Source of the DNA: Octopus vulgaris
Lineage: Eukaryota
Length of the DNA: 64,000 bases
Direction: 5' to 3'
Assembly (NCBI GenBank): GCA_951406725.2
Contig: OX597817.1
Span: forward strand, 93,620,001 to 93,684,000
The position numbers and the translations under genes were made by a program. Positions within the stretch are counted from its first letter, which is position 1. Each line of letters begins with the position of its first letter. Below are positions 40,685 to 53,400 of the stretch, in pieces. The notes under the pieces were generated by a model that had not been told where the DNA came from, searched no databases, and was given only the letters and a program-made list of their open reading frames with translations.

Positions 40685-40785
40685 GGAGTAAACACATAAA
40701 TGTGAAACAAGGTGGAAAAAAGAGTACTCAAATACCAGTGGTAGAGTAATATGCTTTATTTTAAGCAGCAGAAAATTCAACAAAA

Positions 40786-40825
40786 TCTGTTACTCTGAGT
40801 TTCTCGTTGCCGTTCATCAGACAGT
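40786..40825 (-). ncRNA. Minimal type I hammerhead ribozyme (family C)
   Basis: ctgt CTGATGA acg gcaa cga GAAA ctcagag TA acag: stem I ctgt/acag, near-palindromic stem III, GUA triplet. Confidence 0.65.
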
Positions 40826-41829
40826 TTTTGCTAGAATGGAACTTATATATTAATTCAATCTATACTCTTACAAACGCTACACCTTTAAAAGAAATGGACT
40901 TGTTTGATTGGCCCTTTAGAAAAAACGGTCAATCTTCGAGCGATAAACAAAAAGGTCAAAAATATATGTATATATATATAAAAAAACTTATAAGAATTAT
41001 AAAAATTATAAAATCCGAGGAAAAAACCTATTGCCGTTAATGAAGACAGTACAAATTAATGCATAGAAATTAAACCTGTTATAAATACTGCAATACATAT
41101 TTATATTAAAATCCACATATATATATCAACATACACAAAAGGATGCGCGTAAACGCCATACATACATATACAGACGTATGAATATGAATCTAAATTATAC
41201 ACATAAAAGCATGTGTACATATATTCACGCAAACCGTCTCGCACGCAAGCTAAAATTCATCTATGTAGCAATTCTCATATATTGAGCAAGGAGGGGGAAC
41301 GAAAGAAAGGGAAAGAGAGAAAAAGGAACGAAGGAGGGGTGGGGAAAAAACTTGTAGCGATGTTATTGGCATCTATAGAGGCCAGTATACATACACAAGT
41401 TTGAATTGATACATATACATATCGTCGTGTGTATGCGTGCTTAAGCACAAGCATACTTTCACTTACACATACACAGATACGCATGCTTACAAATACATAT
41501 GCTTTGCTATACACATACTTATATAAACATTCTAATTTTGACAACATTGCTTTTTTTAAAAAAAACATTGCTTTTAAAAAATGGGTGCATTAATAAAAAT
41601 ATATACGAAAGACATATAAAATAAAATATAACATCCTATTTTGGGTCATTTATAAATAATCAAGGTAATATAAATAATCAAGGTAATCCTATGCAATACA
41701 ATAACATGAAAACAAAGTTTGTAGGTTTTTCCTAATATATATGTAGAAACAATAAGACTTTGCTATAGATCCGTCATAGCGCCCAAGAGTCAAAATCAAA
41801 ATCAAAAATCAAAATACAAAATATATACT

Positions 41830-42210
41830 CTATCCATATGGTATATTTATATTCGACATTTTAAATTTAGCCGCGTGCCTACATAAGTTCATTAACTCAC
41901 TTCTTTGATTCAAAGAATTATTGTCTTTGAATAAGATGTGCATTTTCTCTAATAAGCAAAGCCTGCACTTGAAATTATATTTGTAAGCTCCATGCCTGTA
42001 TGGTGCCGCCCTGTCCAGAATGCTCCATGTCACGTTGAAAGGTGGGGCTTCCTTTTCTTTTAGTTCCCAGACATATTTTGCTAGGCTGGTTTTCTTCCTA
42101 TTCTCTGGGTATTTAAAAGAATTCTTATGAGAATAAAATCTTGTTTTAAATGAATTTTCTGAAGCCCCTGTGTATGTCTTGTATTCCGATGAGCCTTCCA
42201 CTTGCACCTT
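41830..42210 (-). CDS. GIY-YIG endonuclease C-terminal part of a PLE (Naiad-like signature, tentative)
   Basis: [53 protein letters not shown]. The ORF's apparent N-terminus is microsatellite. Confidence 0.8.
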   Translation of the reverse strand, partial: KVQVEGSSEYKTYTGASENSFKTRFYSHKNSFKYPENRKKTSLAKYVWELKEKEAPPFNVTWSILDRAAPYRHGAYKYNFKCRLCLLEKMHILFKDNNSLNQRSELMNLCRHAAKFKMSNINIPYG

Positions 42211-42213
42211 GTT

Positions 42214-42275
<62 letters not shown>

Positions 42276-42318
42276 CATATATATACACACACATATATAC
42301 ATATATATATATATTCAT

Positions 42319-42363
<45 letters not shown>

Positions 42364-42782
42364 AAGTGATGGTTTATAGCCAGCATATTGTGACAGTCCC
42401 AGGAAAGGGATAAATGCTATTGCTATTTAGCCCCAAGAAACACCGTTTCGAGTTGTTTACGTAGCACAAGCGTTCTGTGGCCCCAAACTAAAGGGAGCAG
42501 TAATAATAAAGCATTTATTGGTACCCTACCAATATAGTATTACTTTAAATTCAGTTTAAATGGAACACTTGTAAGTTCTCAAATTTTGAGAGTTCTTTTA
42601 AAATTTGAATTTCCAAATATAACGAATTGTCATCCCGTCCACATTCCAATGCTGGTTGTTCAAGAACCAAATGAAAGGCAGATTTTCAACCTGATTCCAA
42701 AAAGGTATAATATGCCTATGTAGAGTAAATGTAGACTGAGATTCAAGGGTCCCGGAAGGACTGATAGAAAGATTTTCGGGTT

Positions 42783-43640
42783 TATTATTATTATTATTAT
42801 TATTCAGTAGTTTTATTTTTATAGCGTGATTTCACTTCACTACCGAGCGCAGCTCTGTGTGCCTTGGGTATGTGCTGTGATTTGTTGTGATGCTCTGATG
42901 GTTATTGTATGGAAAGTGTTCTGCGTAGGATGTGTGCAGTGCCTAGTAGTGCAATTTTCTGTATGTTATATGTGTTTGTAAGTCCTGGTGTTTTTGTTAT
43001 GTATTTGTCTGAATATTTTTTTATCATGCCTAATGCACCTACTATGATAGGAATTGTTTCTGTTTTCAGGTTCCACATTCTAGTTATCTCTATTTCCAGG
43101 TCTTTGTATTTTGAGAGTTTCTCCATTTCTTTTAGAGACACGTTGTCATCTGCCGGTATTGATACATCAATTAAAAAGCATTTTTTTCTTCATGATCTCT
43201 GACAACTATATCTGGTCTGTTGGCCTTAATTTCTCTATCTGTGTGTATCGGCATATCCCAGAGTATGGTTGCTTTCTCGTTTTCTGTGACCTTTTCTGGT
43301 ATGTGCCTATACCATCTTTTTTCTGTTGTTATTCCATAATGTTGGCATAGCTTCCAATGTATGTAGGTTCCAACTCTGTCATGTCTGTGAATATATTCCT
43401 TCTTAGCCAGGACTGGGCAGCTAGAGATAATATGATTTATTGTTTCTTGTCCATCTCCACATATTCTGCAGTTACTTGTAATATTTCTTTTCATTACATG
43501 TTTTTGGTAATTTCTGGTGGGGAGGCTTTGGTCTTGTGCTGCAATTAAAAATCCCTCTGTTTCTGCTTTGAGTCCTGAGCTTCTCAACCATTGCTGGGAT
43601 TTTTCTTTGTCTATTTCTTTTGAGTTTAGTTTAGTGCAGT
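42783..43640 (-). mobile_element. 5'-truncated R4/Dong-clade retrotransposon (CCHC + restriction-like endonuclease) in (TAA)n
   Basis: ETEGFLIAAQDQ, CRIC..ETINHIISSC, RHD, NRPDIV, EKLSKYKDL, PIIVGALG (ORFs 43171-43587 and 42902-43141, frameshift in a T run). The 3' end runs into (TAA)n. Confidence 0.88.
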
Positions 43641-43660
43641 ATTATTTTATTTTAGTTTAG

Positions 43661-43708
<48 letters not shown>

Positions 43709-44230
43709 GAGTGAGAGAGCAGTGCATGTCATCAAAGTGACACTGTGGTAAAATATACGAAGCCCAGTATACCCATCATGTCTACCCGTCCGATAAGGGT
43801 ACACCAGGCACATGCATCACAACCATATGTGCGCGACATGGTGTCATATCAAGATAAACAGCGCATGACCTTGCAGGTGGGGCCCAGTTAGAATTTTCTT
43901 CTGGACGCGTAGCCCATCCCGCTCAAAAGGTCCCTGAATAAGGGTTGTTTAAGGATGTTGAACGAACCACCCATGTTTCCAAAGGTGAATTATCCAAACC
44001 TCTAAGAATTCCTTTCAACACACGGCTATGATGCTCCCCCACAACTTCTGCTTGTGATCATAGATGCGCATATGGTCAACCACAAAAGGACATGGTGAAC
44101 TGGTTAAGGTCAAACAACTGGCAAGGAAATCTGTAGTACTGTTCAGAATATTTGCTGTAGTCCATCTTTTATACCAAGACAAAATGATGTACATGATAAC
44201 ACTTCCGATCAGTTAAGATCAGAATCCACG
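43709..44230 (-). mobile_element. ~570-bp non-coding interspersed element embedded in (ATT)n, copy 1
   Basis: High similarity to 50552-51118; both are bounded by ATT/TTA repeats. Strand inferred from the AAT tail. Confidence 0.8.
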
Positions 44231-44231
44231 A

Positions 44232-44306
44232 TCTTTATTATTTATTATCGTTATTATTTATTATCGTTATTATTATTATCATTATTATTACTACTACTAC
44301 TACTAC

Positions 44307-44377
<71 letters not shown>

Positions 44378-44423
44378 TTGTTGTTGTTGTTATTATTAGT
44401 AGTAGTATAATTGTTGTTGTTAT

Positions 44424-44488
<65 letters not shown>

Positions 44489-44673
44489 TTATTATTATTA
44501 GTAGTAGTAGTAGTTATATTAGTATTATTGTTGTTGTTGTTATTATTATTATTATTACTACTACTACTATTATTATTATTATTAGTAGTTGTAGTAGTGG
44601 TAATAGTAGTATTGTTGTTGTTATTATTATTATTAGTAGTATTAGTATTGTTGTTGTTGTTGTTATTATTATT
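44232..44673. repeat. Compound trinucleotide microsatellite (ATT/ACT/AGT/GTT)
   Basis: Direct reading. Confidence 0.97.
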
Positions 44674-45640
44674 ACCTCCGCCTTAACGAAGACGGAGGTA
44701 TTGTTTTCAGTCGTGCTTGATTGTTTGTCCATAGGCAAGATATCTCAAGAACCAATTGATGGATTCAGATGAAACTTTCAGGGATGTTTGGCCTCGTGAC
44801 TGGCACGAACTGATTAAAATTTGGGATCCGGTACCGGACAAGGAGTTTGGATTATAATTTATATTTTCTTTACTTTACATGTATATGTAAAGTTTCACAT
44901 AGTTCTCTTGTACACGCACACACGTACACACATATACTCACACTGCAAATATCATTTATCGGCTTTTTCATTCTTTCCTTCATTATTCATCTATCACCCC
45001 TTCCTTTCTCATTCATACGACGCTCTCTTTGCCATTTATCTCCTCTACTTTCACCTCTCACTCCGACTCTATTTTATATATATATAATATAAATATATTT
45101 TAAAAAATAACGCTCATTATTATATTGGGAGATTATACATACACTTTACAGTATACTTACATATATACATAATCCTATACATCGATCTAAAACAACAGGA
45201 TTACTTAAGGAAGACCGGAATTTAAGACTACGATACAGTATGCATTTCATTGCAATTATAATTTTTATGTTCAAATACGCTTCTCTACGAATGTTCCTGT
45301 TGCATTTCAACCAGTGTTTCTAAAACGTTTACTTAGTGACTCCCAAAGACTTATTGACTTGTGTGCGCTCAAGTCATGCAAATATTTTCATTACCCAGAC
45401 GACACACAGTATTTCAAACACGGCCTGCACTCTCACTTGCACATCCCATGACTCCTATTGGGATCGATCAGGTAGCGGACAAGGTATATGGATTATTTTT
45501 TCCATTTGAAAGCGATCGGGTTCATTTTTAGTATTCCCAATTTTATTTCAGATATTCTCATTTTAAAAATCATCTCCGGTTAATTGTTGAGAGGACGTTG
45601 GTGTTGCCTTGGCGGAGGTTTGAGCTCTCTGAGCGCTCTT
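44671..45640 (+). mobile_element. Non-autonomous Helentron/Helitron2-type element (HINE-like)
   Basis: 5' acctccgcc (44674-82) with a local inverted copy gacggaggt. Subterminal ggcggaggt (45611-19) followed by a 3' hairpin gagc..gctc and TT. Confidence 0.7.
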
Positions 45641-45643
45641 ATA

Positions 45644-45675
<32 letters not shown>

Positions 45676-45678
<3 letters not shown>

Positions 45679-45851
45679 CTTTTACTTGTTTCAGTCATTA
45701 GACTGCGGCCATGCTAGGGCGCTCCTTGAAGGATTTCAGTCGAACGAATCGACTCCAGTACTGGTACTGATTCTATCGGTTTCTTTTTGCCGAACCGCCA
45801 ATGCACAGGCACGTAAACACACCAGCACCGGTTGTCAGGTGGTGTGGGGAA

Positions 45852-45925
<74 letters not shown>

Positions 45926-46060
45926 TATGCACATATCCATACATATATGACGGGCTTCTTTCAGTTTCTGTCTACCAAACCCACTCTCAAAGCCTTAGTC
46001 GGCCCCAAGCTATAGTAGAAGACACTTACCTAAGGTGCCAAGCAAACTTGTTACCACACT
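45676..46060 (-). mobile_element. SINE S1 with internal (CA)n
   Basis: Reverse-complement tail cagtcattagactgcggccatgct and head gacgggcttctttcagtttc. Confidence 0.8.
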
Positions 46061-47011
46061 GCCACGAAATATGGTTGTTTTACCATTTGATATAGTAAGA
46101 CCGAAGAAGCAAAAGGAAAGTCTAAATTCAGCTTCAGACCCAGCAGAAATATGCGCCCTCGCATCTCCTCTCTAACCTTTCACATGTACTTCGTTTGCTT
46201 TTTAACTATACACATGAACTCTTCTCAAACTCGCGCGCACGTCTTCGTATTCATATGAGTGTAAAGCATTGCCAAATCTTTTAAGAAGTTCGTGTCATAA
46301 AGATAACGTTTCCAGTTCGATCCTATCACAAAGCATCTAATGTATGTGTCTTTTACCTTACTCTCGGATAAATCGAGATCTTGTGGGTGAAAATGCGTAG
46401 AATGATATTGTGTGTAGGGCTGTCTGATGGAGCATAGTTGTTAAAGTCTAGCCTTCTCATACACCGTAAACAAATTCTGCCTAAAGATTACGTTAAGGTT
46501 ACACGTGTCTGTGAAAAACTCAAAATCTTACAATAGTATTCAATTACTGTATTTTAATTTTCGTTTCAATCCAGTCTTCTTTAGGACTTCATTGTAAGAT
46601 GTTTAGTCGAAAAATTGTCTGTGCACATTTATTTTCTTTTTCTCAATGTGTTTAATTCATATCTGACTTTTGGAAAATTATTAGACAACCATTTGTGTAT
46701 AATTTTCTTCCTGAATGGTTGGATATGTTGTCTAGATATTATAGTAAATAGATTTCTGCAAATTAACAAAGTGACTAAATGTTATATTTCACGATTCTCT
46801 TGGTAAATAATGTTTTCCTATCATTCAAACTTTCTATGATTGACTTTCTTAACACACAGACGGTCAATAGTATCCCTGCATTCGGGATTTTCCCCAGTTT
46901 TAATATTGGATTAGTGTAAATATATTTCTGTGAATTACCGAATTCAAAATCTTTTATGCAGAACTTGCGGTTAAAACACAGACACACACAGACACACACA
47001 AACGCACACAC

Positions 47012-47103
<92 letters not shown>

Positions 47104-47559
47104 TTCTTGCATCAGCTCTTTTTACTCCTTTCCTCATTTCACCGCCTCCATCTCCTATACAATTCTTATTCTGCAACGTACATAACCTTCTCGTAAACTG
47201 CTTCTCCTTCCTTACATCCATTCTCCCTCTGTTATTTTTTACCTGCAGACATCGCTGTTACACTTGCTTTTTTTTAGTCAAACACCACTATCCTCATCGG
47301 ACCCACCCACAGCACCTTCTATACTGGGGACTATTTCTTATGTACCTTTAACGACGCCATAGATGCATTCTCATATTCATTCTGGAATTCGATGTATATC
47401 GGAAAAACCAGCCGTCGACTGTCCAGCAGTTTCGTGGAGCACCTCATACATACATATGCGATGTGATGTGTGTGCGTGTGTATGTGCATGTGTGTGCGTG
47501 TGTATGTGCATGTGTGTGTGTGCGTGTGTTATTGGCTCTAACGCCAATATATAACAAAG

Positions 47560-48000
47560 GTAATAACCGAGGCCAGCAAACTACAAAGTGGTTACCTGAA
47601 AAATCCTTTAAAAGACTCTCAAGAGAATGAAAAATAAAAGAAGAAGCAAAAGGAAAGAGTAAATTCAGCTTCAGACCCAGCAGAGATACAACTGAAGCAA
47701 TTTTTATTGTCTGAAGAATAATTGAAGAAAACAAAAAGGCAACGAATACTTTGACTCTTCAGCTTGTGCATTCAACACAATCTTGAGGAAGTCCTTGTGG
47801 CAGATGACATCAATAGGCTTAAATACCAACTTTTATATAGGACAATAGAAAAATAATGAGTTTGCCATGACCATTGATGGTTAACTGACCGACTGGAGTA
47901 TTCACAGGTCTTACACAAGGAAGCCTGCTATTCTTCATTCTTCTCAATATGACTGGAATTTATCATGAAAGATCTGAAAGATTTAGATGTAAGTTTTTAA
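47560..48000 (+). pseudogene. Highly degraded non-LTR RT fragment
   Basis: FSFRPSRDTTEAIFIV*RIIE (QxGFRxxRxTxDAIF motif) and a later QGxLL-like segment. A ~47-bp piece recurs at ~46105-46150. Confidence 0.5.
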
Positions 48001-48869
48001 CTTGTGCAAAGAAAACAAAAATGAGATCAGATTTTATACCCAAAACTATTATCGGCGAATCTTTTAGAAATAAGTAAACACAATATTGAATGAAAATATA
48101 TCTTTCCACTCAGTGACTTTTTTAAAAACAATCAAGAGGTTTTACCAAACAGGTTTAGCAAGTTCTATGTGTTTTGATGTTTACAAGTTTTTCTAAGCCT
48201 TTTGTCTGAATTTCTGATCAACCGTGACTAAACGTTTTAGAACAAACATTTGGTTTACTTACGTCATCTAACATAATGTCTGCTGTAACAGCAACTTATC
48301 ATTGAGTTCCTTATTTAATCTTGAGCCTCCGGTGAAGACTTAGTGTTCGACATAAACTCCTTGTAGTGCTTGGAAAGTAATATATTATCTCAACAGAAAA
48401 TATCGGATAGATAGAGCTGCTTCAAAACGAATAAACCAGTGAAAAACAATGACAGGGACACACTCCACGTGCTAACCAAGTGGCGCCATTGGCATGGAAA
48501 CAAAAGCTAAGTAAGAGATAACGTACTAAATAAATAAGGAAAATGTTGCTTAAAGCATGTTTGATTATTACATGAATTAAATAAGGGAAGATTTAATTAA
48601 AAATGATTGATTACTACATTATGTAAAACTAACAAAATGATTCAGACCAACTATCAACAGGAAACCTACATTGTCACTTGACTTACAAGAAATAGCACAG
48701 AGGTGTGTTTAAAAGCAAGAAGGGCGCATTAAATAATGTACAAGTAGATAGACTATGTCTGAAAAAAAAAGGAGAAAAAGAAGACTGTTCTAGATGAAAC
48801 GCCTTTGATTATAGGCAGGTTGGTTTAAACCTGAACAGGAACTGAACAACAATATTCTGTTCTATATGT

Positions 48870-49560
48870 TTCTAGGATGGCGAGGGATATGCACTAGAAC
48901 AGCTGCTCTGACCCACGGGGTTCTCACTTGCGGACATTTATCTCCCCGCCACCAATAGTGGGATCAGGGATATCGTCCCGGGGCAGAAAATGCCGGAGAA
49001 CTCCATTGCCTCAGACTCGACTATAAATCTGTCAGAGAACAATAGATACCTTGAGAGTTTGCTTTTCTCAACCTGACAAGCAGCAGAGCCTGCACTGGTA
49101 GCTCAACACACCAAGTCGCCGTTGGAGAAAGTGTCACTGATGAGAAGCCTACCGCCACGGAACAGAAAAACTGTCATAACGTCAGGCCTTTTATCCGTCC
49201 CCTCGATCTAGTCCCGCTGGCTCGAGATGAGAAGGAAGCCTGCAGCATCTCGGCGATGCTTTATGATTTTGTTAAGGGCATGGCGTGAAAGGTGGCCAGC
49301 ATTATAATGGCATGACAGTTGGTGGAACCCAAAAGAATCCACAGTGGATCAGCAGCGGCATTCACCCGGCTCACATATCTGGAGGCCAAGCTTAGGGAAT
49401 CACCGATACGCAGACAGTAGCTATCAAGTCACGAGTGATAGCACTGTACTGAGCCAAGCTCCGCTGTGCGGTTCGGCGGTTGAGCGGAAACCTGCTAGAC
49501 GGTACTGGTCAAGTCAGCCACTAGCTCGTCTGAGATCATGTACAATTGATGGCATCCCGT
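48870..49560 (-). mobile_element. Degraded CRE-clade non-LTR retrotransposon, C-terminal Zn/RLE region
   Basis: Frameshifted minus-strand translation: EPHSGAWL, LGLQICEP, DSFGFHQLSC, LSRH, LEPAGLDRG..KRPD, GSAACQVEKSKLSRY, CISLAI. These follow the CRE C-terminal consensus. Confidence 0.7.
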
Positions 49561-50062
49561 TTCTTTTGAGAAGGACGTCAACAGAAGGGAGAGGAGGTTG
49601 GACGTTAGCAGGGCACGGGCCGAGCTGGTTCCATGTCGCGTAGACTACTTCACGCTCCGAAATTACAGACGATTCAGTTGTGTTGTGGAGAAAACTATAG
49701 GAAAGTATTTGGCAATAATCGACTTCTGCTTTACACTGAGGATTGCTAGTACTCACTTTGATGCGTGAGGCAACGCACCTAAAACATTCAAACAGGAACG
49801 CTGATACTGGACCCACCGTACACACAGGCACATACGCTTACATTCACGAAACACAGATACAGGAATCTCACAAAGAAAGACAAACTGCAAATTAAAAGCT
49901 AATAACACAACGGGTCACTGCCATTCCCATTTTAACACATGTAACAATGGATCTTGATTCACATACCCGACAGAGCCATGTTATGGCGAAACTTGTTGCT
50001 GTATAAAACGGATTATATAGCTATTAATAAATTATATATATATACACACACACACGCACACG

Positions 50063-50101
<39 letters not shown>

Positions 50102-50173
50102 ACGCATGTATGTGTATATGTGTGTGTACATACGAATATGTATGTACACATAAGTAGGTCTATACAGTTTTAT

Positions 50174-50345
50174 ATTTAAGAGATGAGGAATTATGTACAT
50201 TATTTACATTATTTACATTTGACGGATATTTGTCCTTATCTTGTTTGTTGTTAAAAACGTTTCAGCTGATATACCCTCCAGCCTTCATCAGATGTATTGG
50301 GGAAATTTCAAACCTGGGATCTCATTTCTAAGGTATTTTTCGATG

Positions 50346-50398
<53 letters not shown>

Positions 50399-50437
50399 GT
50401 TGTTGTTGTTATTGTTGTTACTATTCTTCTTCTTCTT

Positions 50438-50529
<92 letters not shown>

Positions 50530-51116
50530 CATCATTATTATTATTATTATTGAGTGAGAGATCAGTTCATGCCATCAAAGTGGCACTGGGGTAAAATATA
50601 CGAAACCCAATATACCCATCATGACTACCCGTCTGATAAAGGTCTACCCGTCTGATAGATGCACATGCATCACAACCATATGTGCGCGACATGGTGATCT
50701 CATATCAAGATAAACAGCACATGACCTTGCAGGTGGGGCCCAGTTAGAATTTTCTTCAGGTTGAGTAGCCCATCCCGCTCAAACGGTCCCTGAATAAGGG
50801 TTGTTTAAGGATGTTGAAAGAACCACCCATGTTTCCAGAGGTGAACTATTCAAACCCCAAAGAATCCCTCTCAACACATGGCTATGATGCTCCTCCACTA
50901 CTTCTGCTCGTGATCAGAGATGCACATATCGTCAGCCACTAAGGGACATGCTCAACTGGTTAAGGTCAAACAACTGACAAGCAAATCTGTGGTATTGAGC
51001 AGAATATTTGCTGTAGCCCATCTTTTATACCAAGACAAAACAATGTACATGATAACACTTCCAATCAGTTAAGATCAGAAGCCATGAGAGCCACTGCCTG
51101 GTACTGCATCAGGGCA

Positions 51117-51161
<45 letters not shown>

Positions 51162-51234
51162 CATTATTATTATTATTATTATTATTGTTGTTGTTGTTGT
51201 TGTTATTATCATTATTATTATTATTGACCTGAAA

Positions 51235-51303
<69 letters not shown>

Positions 51304-51449
51304 ACAACAACAATAGTAATAATAATAATTATAACATCGAAAAATACCTTAGGAATAAGAACCCATGTTCGAAATTTCCCCCAAACGAGGGTACATCAGC
51401 CGAAGACAAACAAGATGAGTACAAATACCCGCCAAATGTAAATAATGTA
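50174..51449. mobile_element. Palindromic hammerhead element family A, copy 3, with a nested insertion
   Basis: Left arm 50174-50347 (reverse CTGATGA at 50285-91), right arm 51333-51449 (core deleted). The centre is an expanded trinucleotide tract holding the 570-bp element. Confidence 0.75.
50552..51118 (-). mobile_element. ~570-bp non-coding element embedded in (ATT)n, copy 2 (longer)
   Basis: Homologous to 43709-44230; pure (ATT)n on both flanks. Confidence 0.8.
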
Positions 51450-52199
51450 AGTAGATCAATGCTTGCTAGACTTTACAATTTTTTCATTCAATATCCAGAC
51501 AGTTCTGATCAATTACCAATTGATAATCAATACAAACCAACTGTATGACCGTTGTCAACCTAAACAAGTTACAGAGTTACACTAGATTTACAGATTTCTT
51601 GTTGACAGGAAGTTCAATTCCCACAACGACCTAAATATTTATGTTAATAATCGTACCTTATTGGTTTTATTCCGTTCTGATGTAATGTGTATTGCACAAA
51701 TAAAAGACACAAACACACACACATTTATATATATACATATATATATATATACATATATATATACATACATACATACATATATACATGCGCATAGTTCTAC
51801 TCATACGTTTTCATATACTTTAAATTAACGATGCGATATTTAGATCTTGAATTGATGTCTATCTACTGTTTATTATGTTCATAAACACATACCCACACAC
51901 ATACACATGACACATACATTCTTACACACATGCATAGATACATGCTTACATATATACATTCATATGTTATAGGGTCTCATACATGTAATATAGTCATCTG
52001 AAAAATTTTGTCCAAGTGAAATTTACCAATTTACCAACAGAGGGACATAATCCCAGTGCGATCAATTCATATTCATATTTGTTTAGCGAATAGGACAGAT
52101 CTGGTCTTTAAAGCCAAATGATGGAAGCAATGGATATGTTTCAGTCATATCAGACCTTGTCACTGAAGCATAATCTACTCTGTTAGGAAGACAGAAAGG

Positions 52200-53400
52200 A
52201 ATAATATATGTAGTTGAAATTGAAGTAATACATGTGTGTGTGTGTGTGTCCTATTGTTACATACATAAGAGAAACCCTAGTCGTAAGCACTAATCTTAAC
52301 CTTCCTCGTTTTACCAGTATATTTTGTGACTTACTGTATGACAAAAATATTTGTTGTGTGCACTGTGTACAAGATGCGTCACAGGCTGTTGTAGCACTTT
52401 CCCGCGAGCGCTTGGATTCTACGATCCATGGTAACTGTGAGTGTCTAACTTTCGCACCCATACAGCCAGATTGGAGGTTCTCAGGGATTGTAAAGTTTGA
52501 GCTTTGTGGGGAAAACTGACAGAATTGGTTTTCCAGATGACATTCAGCTTCGTCATAGCAGTAAGACAGGGCTAAATCACGCTTTCATTTCCATTATTGA
52601 GCTGCTGTCCTTGCTGAAAGTAGATCCAAACAATTTAAATTGTCCGCTTCGTAATGATTTTATCATGCTTGCTGCATTCCGATTGTGGCTATCGATCACA
52701 ATATTGCCTTTTCTTGAAAAAACTTCATTGGAAGCATTTGATGCTCTTTTTAGTCCGCTGGTGAGTTCTTGAGTTTTGCTTTGCTACCTCGTCTGAGGTC
52801 AATAATGTCAACAAAATATAGGTTGTATAAAGCCCCTCTCTTATGGTAATAGAGGTGTGGAAGTCACATAATGTTTCTTGCATGAAGTTTTCCAAGACGG
52901 CGTTGAATAATATTGGTGGAAAGAGGGATCCTTGATGAGCTCCATCAATTGTTCGGAGACAACCCGATGTTGCTATTCAGAGGAACTGCCTTGCTTGAAT
53001 TGTCATACTGTGCTTGAATCATTTGGATGTGGTTACTGTTGAAATTGAAATTTTTCACCATTTGCTATAAATCCTCATGCCAAATATAGTCAAAGACTTT
53101 TTAAAAGTTAATGAGTTATGATGGAAGAAGCATTGGTGTTGGAGATGTTTTTCAGCAGTCTTCTTTTTTTTAATTTCTTTTTCTAATGTATTCTTCTTTT
53201 CCTTGCCTTTTGTCTGTTAGGATCTGTTCACCTCTACTTCAGTGTGTTCAGAACTTTCAGCAGTACTTTGCAGGGATGACTGACAAAATATCACACTGAT
53301 GGTTATGTAATTCTGGCAGAATGGGTATTATCAAGAATAGGATCCATTCTTTTGGCTAATGTTTTGTTTCCCATAACATCTGACATATTGTTGTGGCTGA
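52200..53400 (-). pseudogene. Degraded RTE-like RT fragment
   Basis: GAHQGSLFPPILFNAVLENFMQE (GVRQGCxLSPxLFN) and VRHSQLPWIVESKRSR (RTE C-terminus remnant), with many stops. Confidence 0.65.

Larger units (their letters stand above)
40682..42215 (-). mobile_element. 5'-truncated Penelope-like element (GIY-YIG C-terminus, long 3'UTR, hammerhead), between (TA)n tracts
   Basis: EN ORF at 41830-42210, hammerhead at 40786-40825, (TA)n on both flanks. Confidence 0.8.

Noticed and set aside
41700-41780. Possible SECIS (minus-strand AUGA-N12-AAA) after the PLE EN stop
   Set aside because: There is no complementary 3' arm or GA quartet, and no in-frame TGA in the visible ORF.
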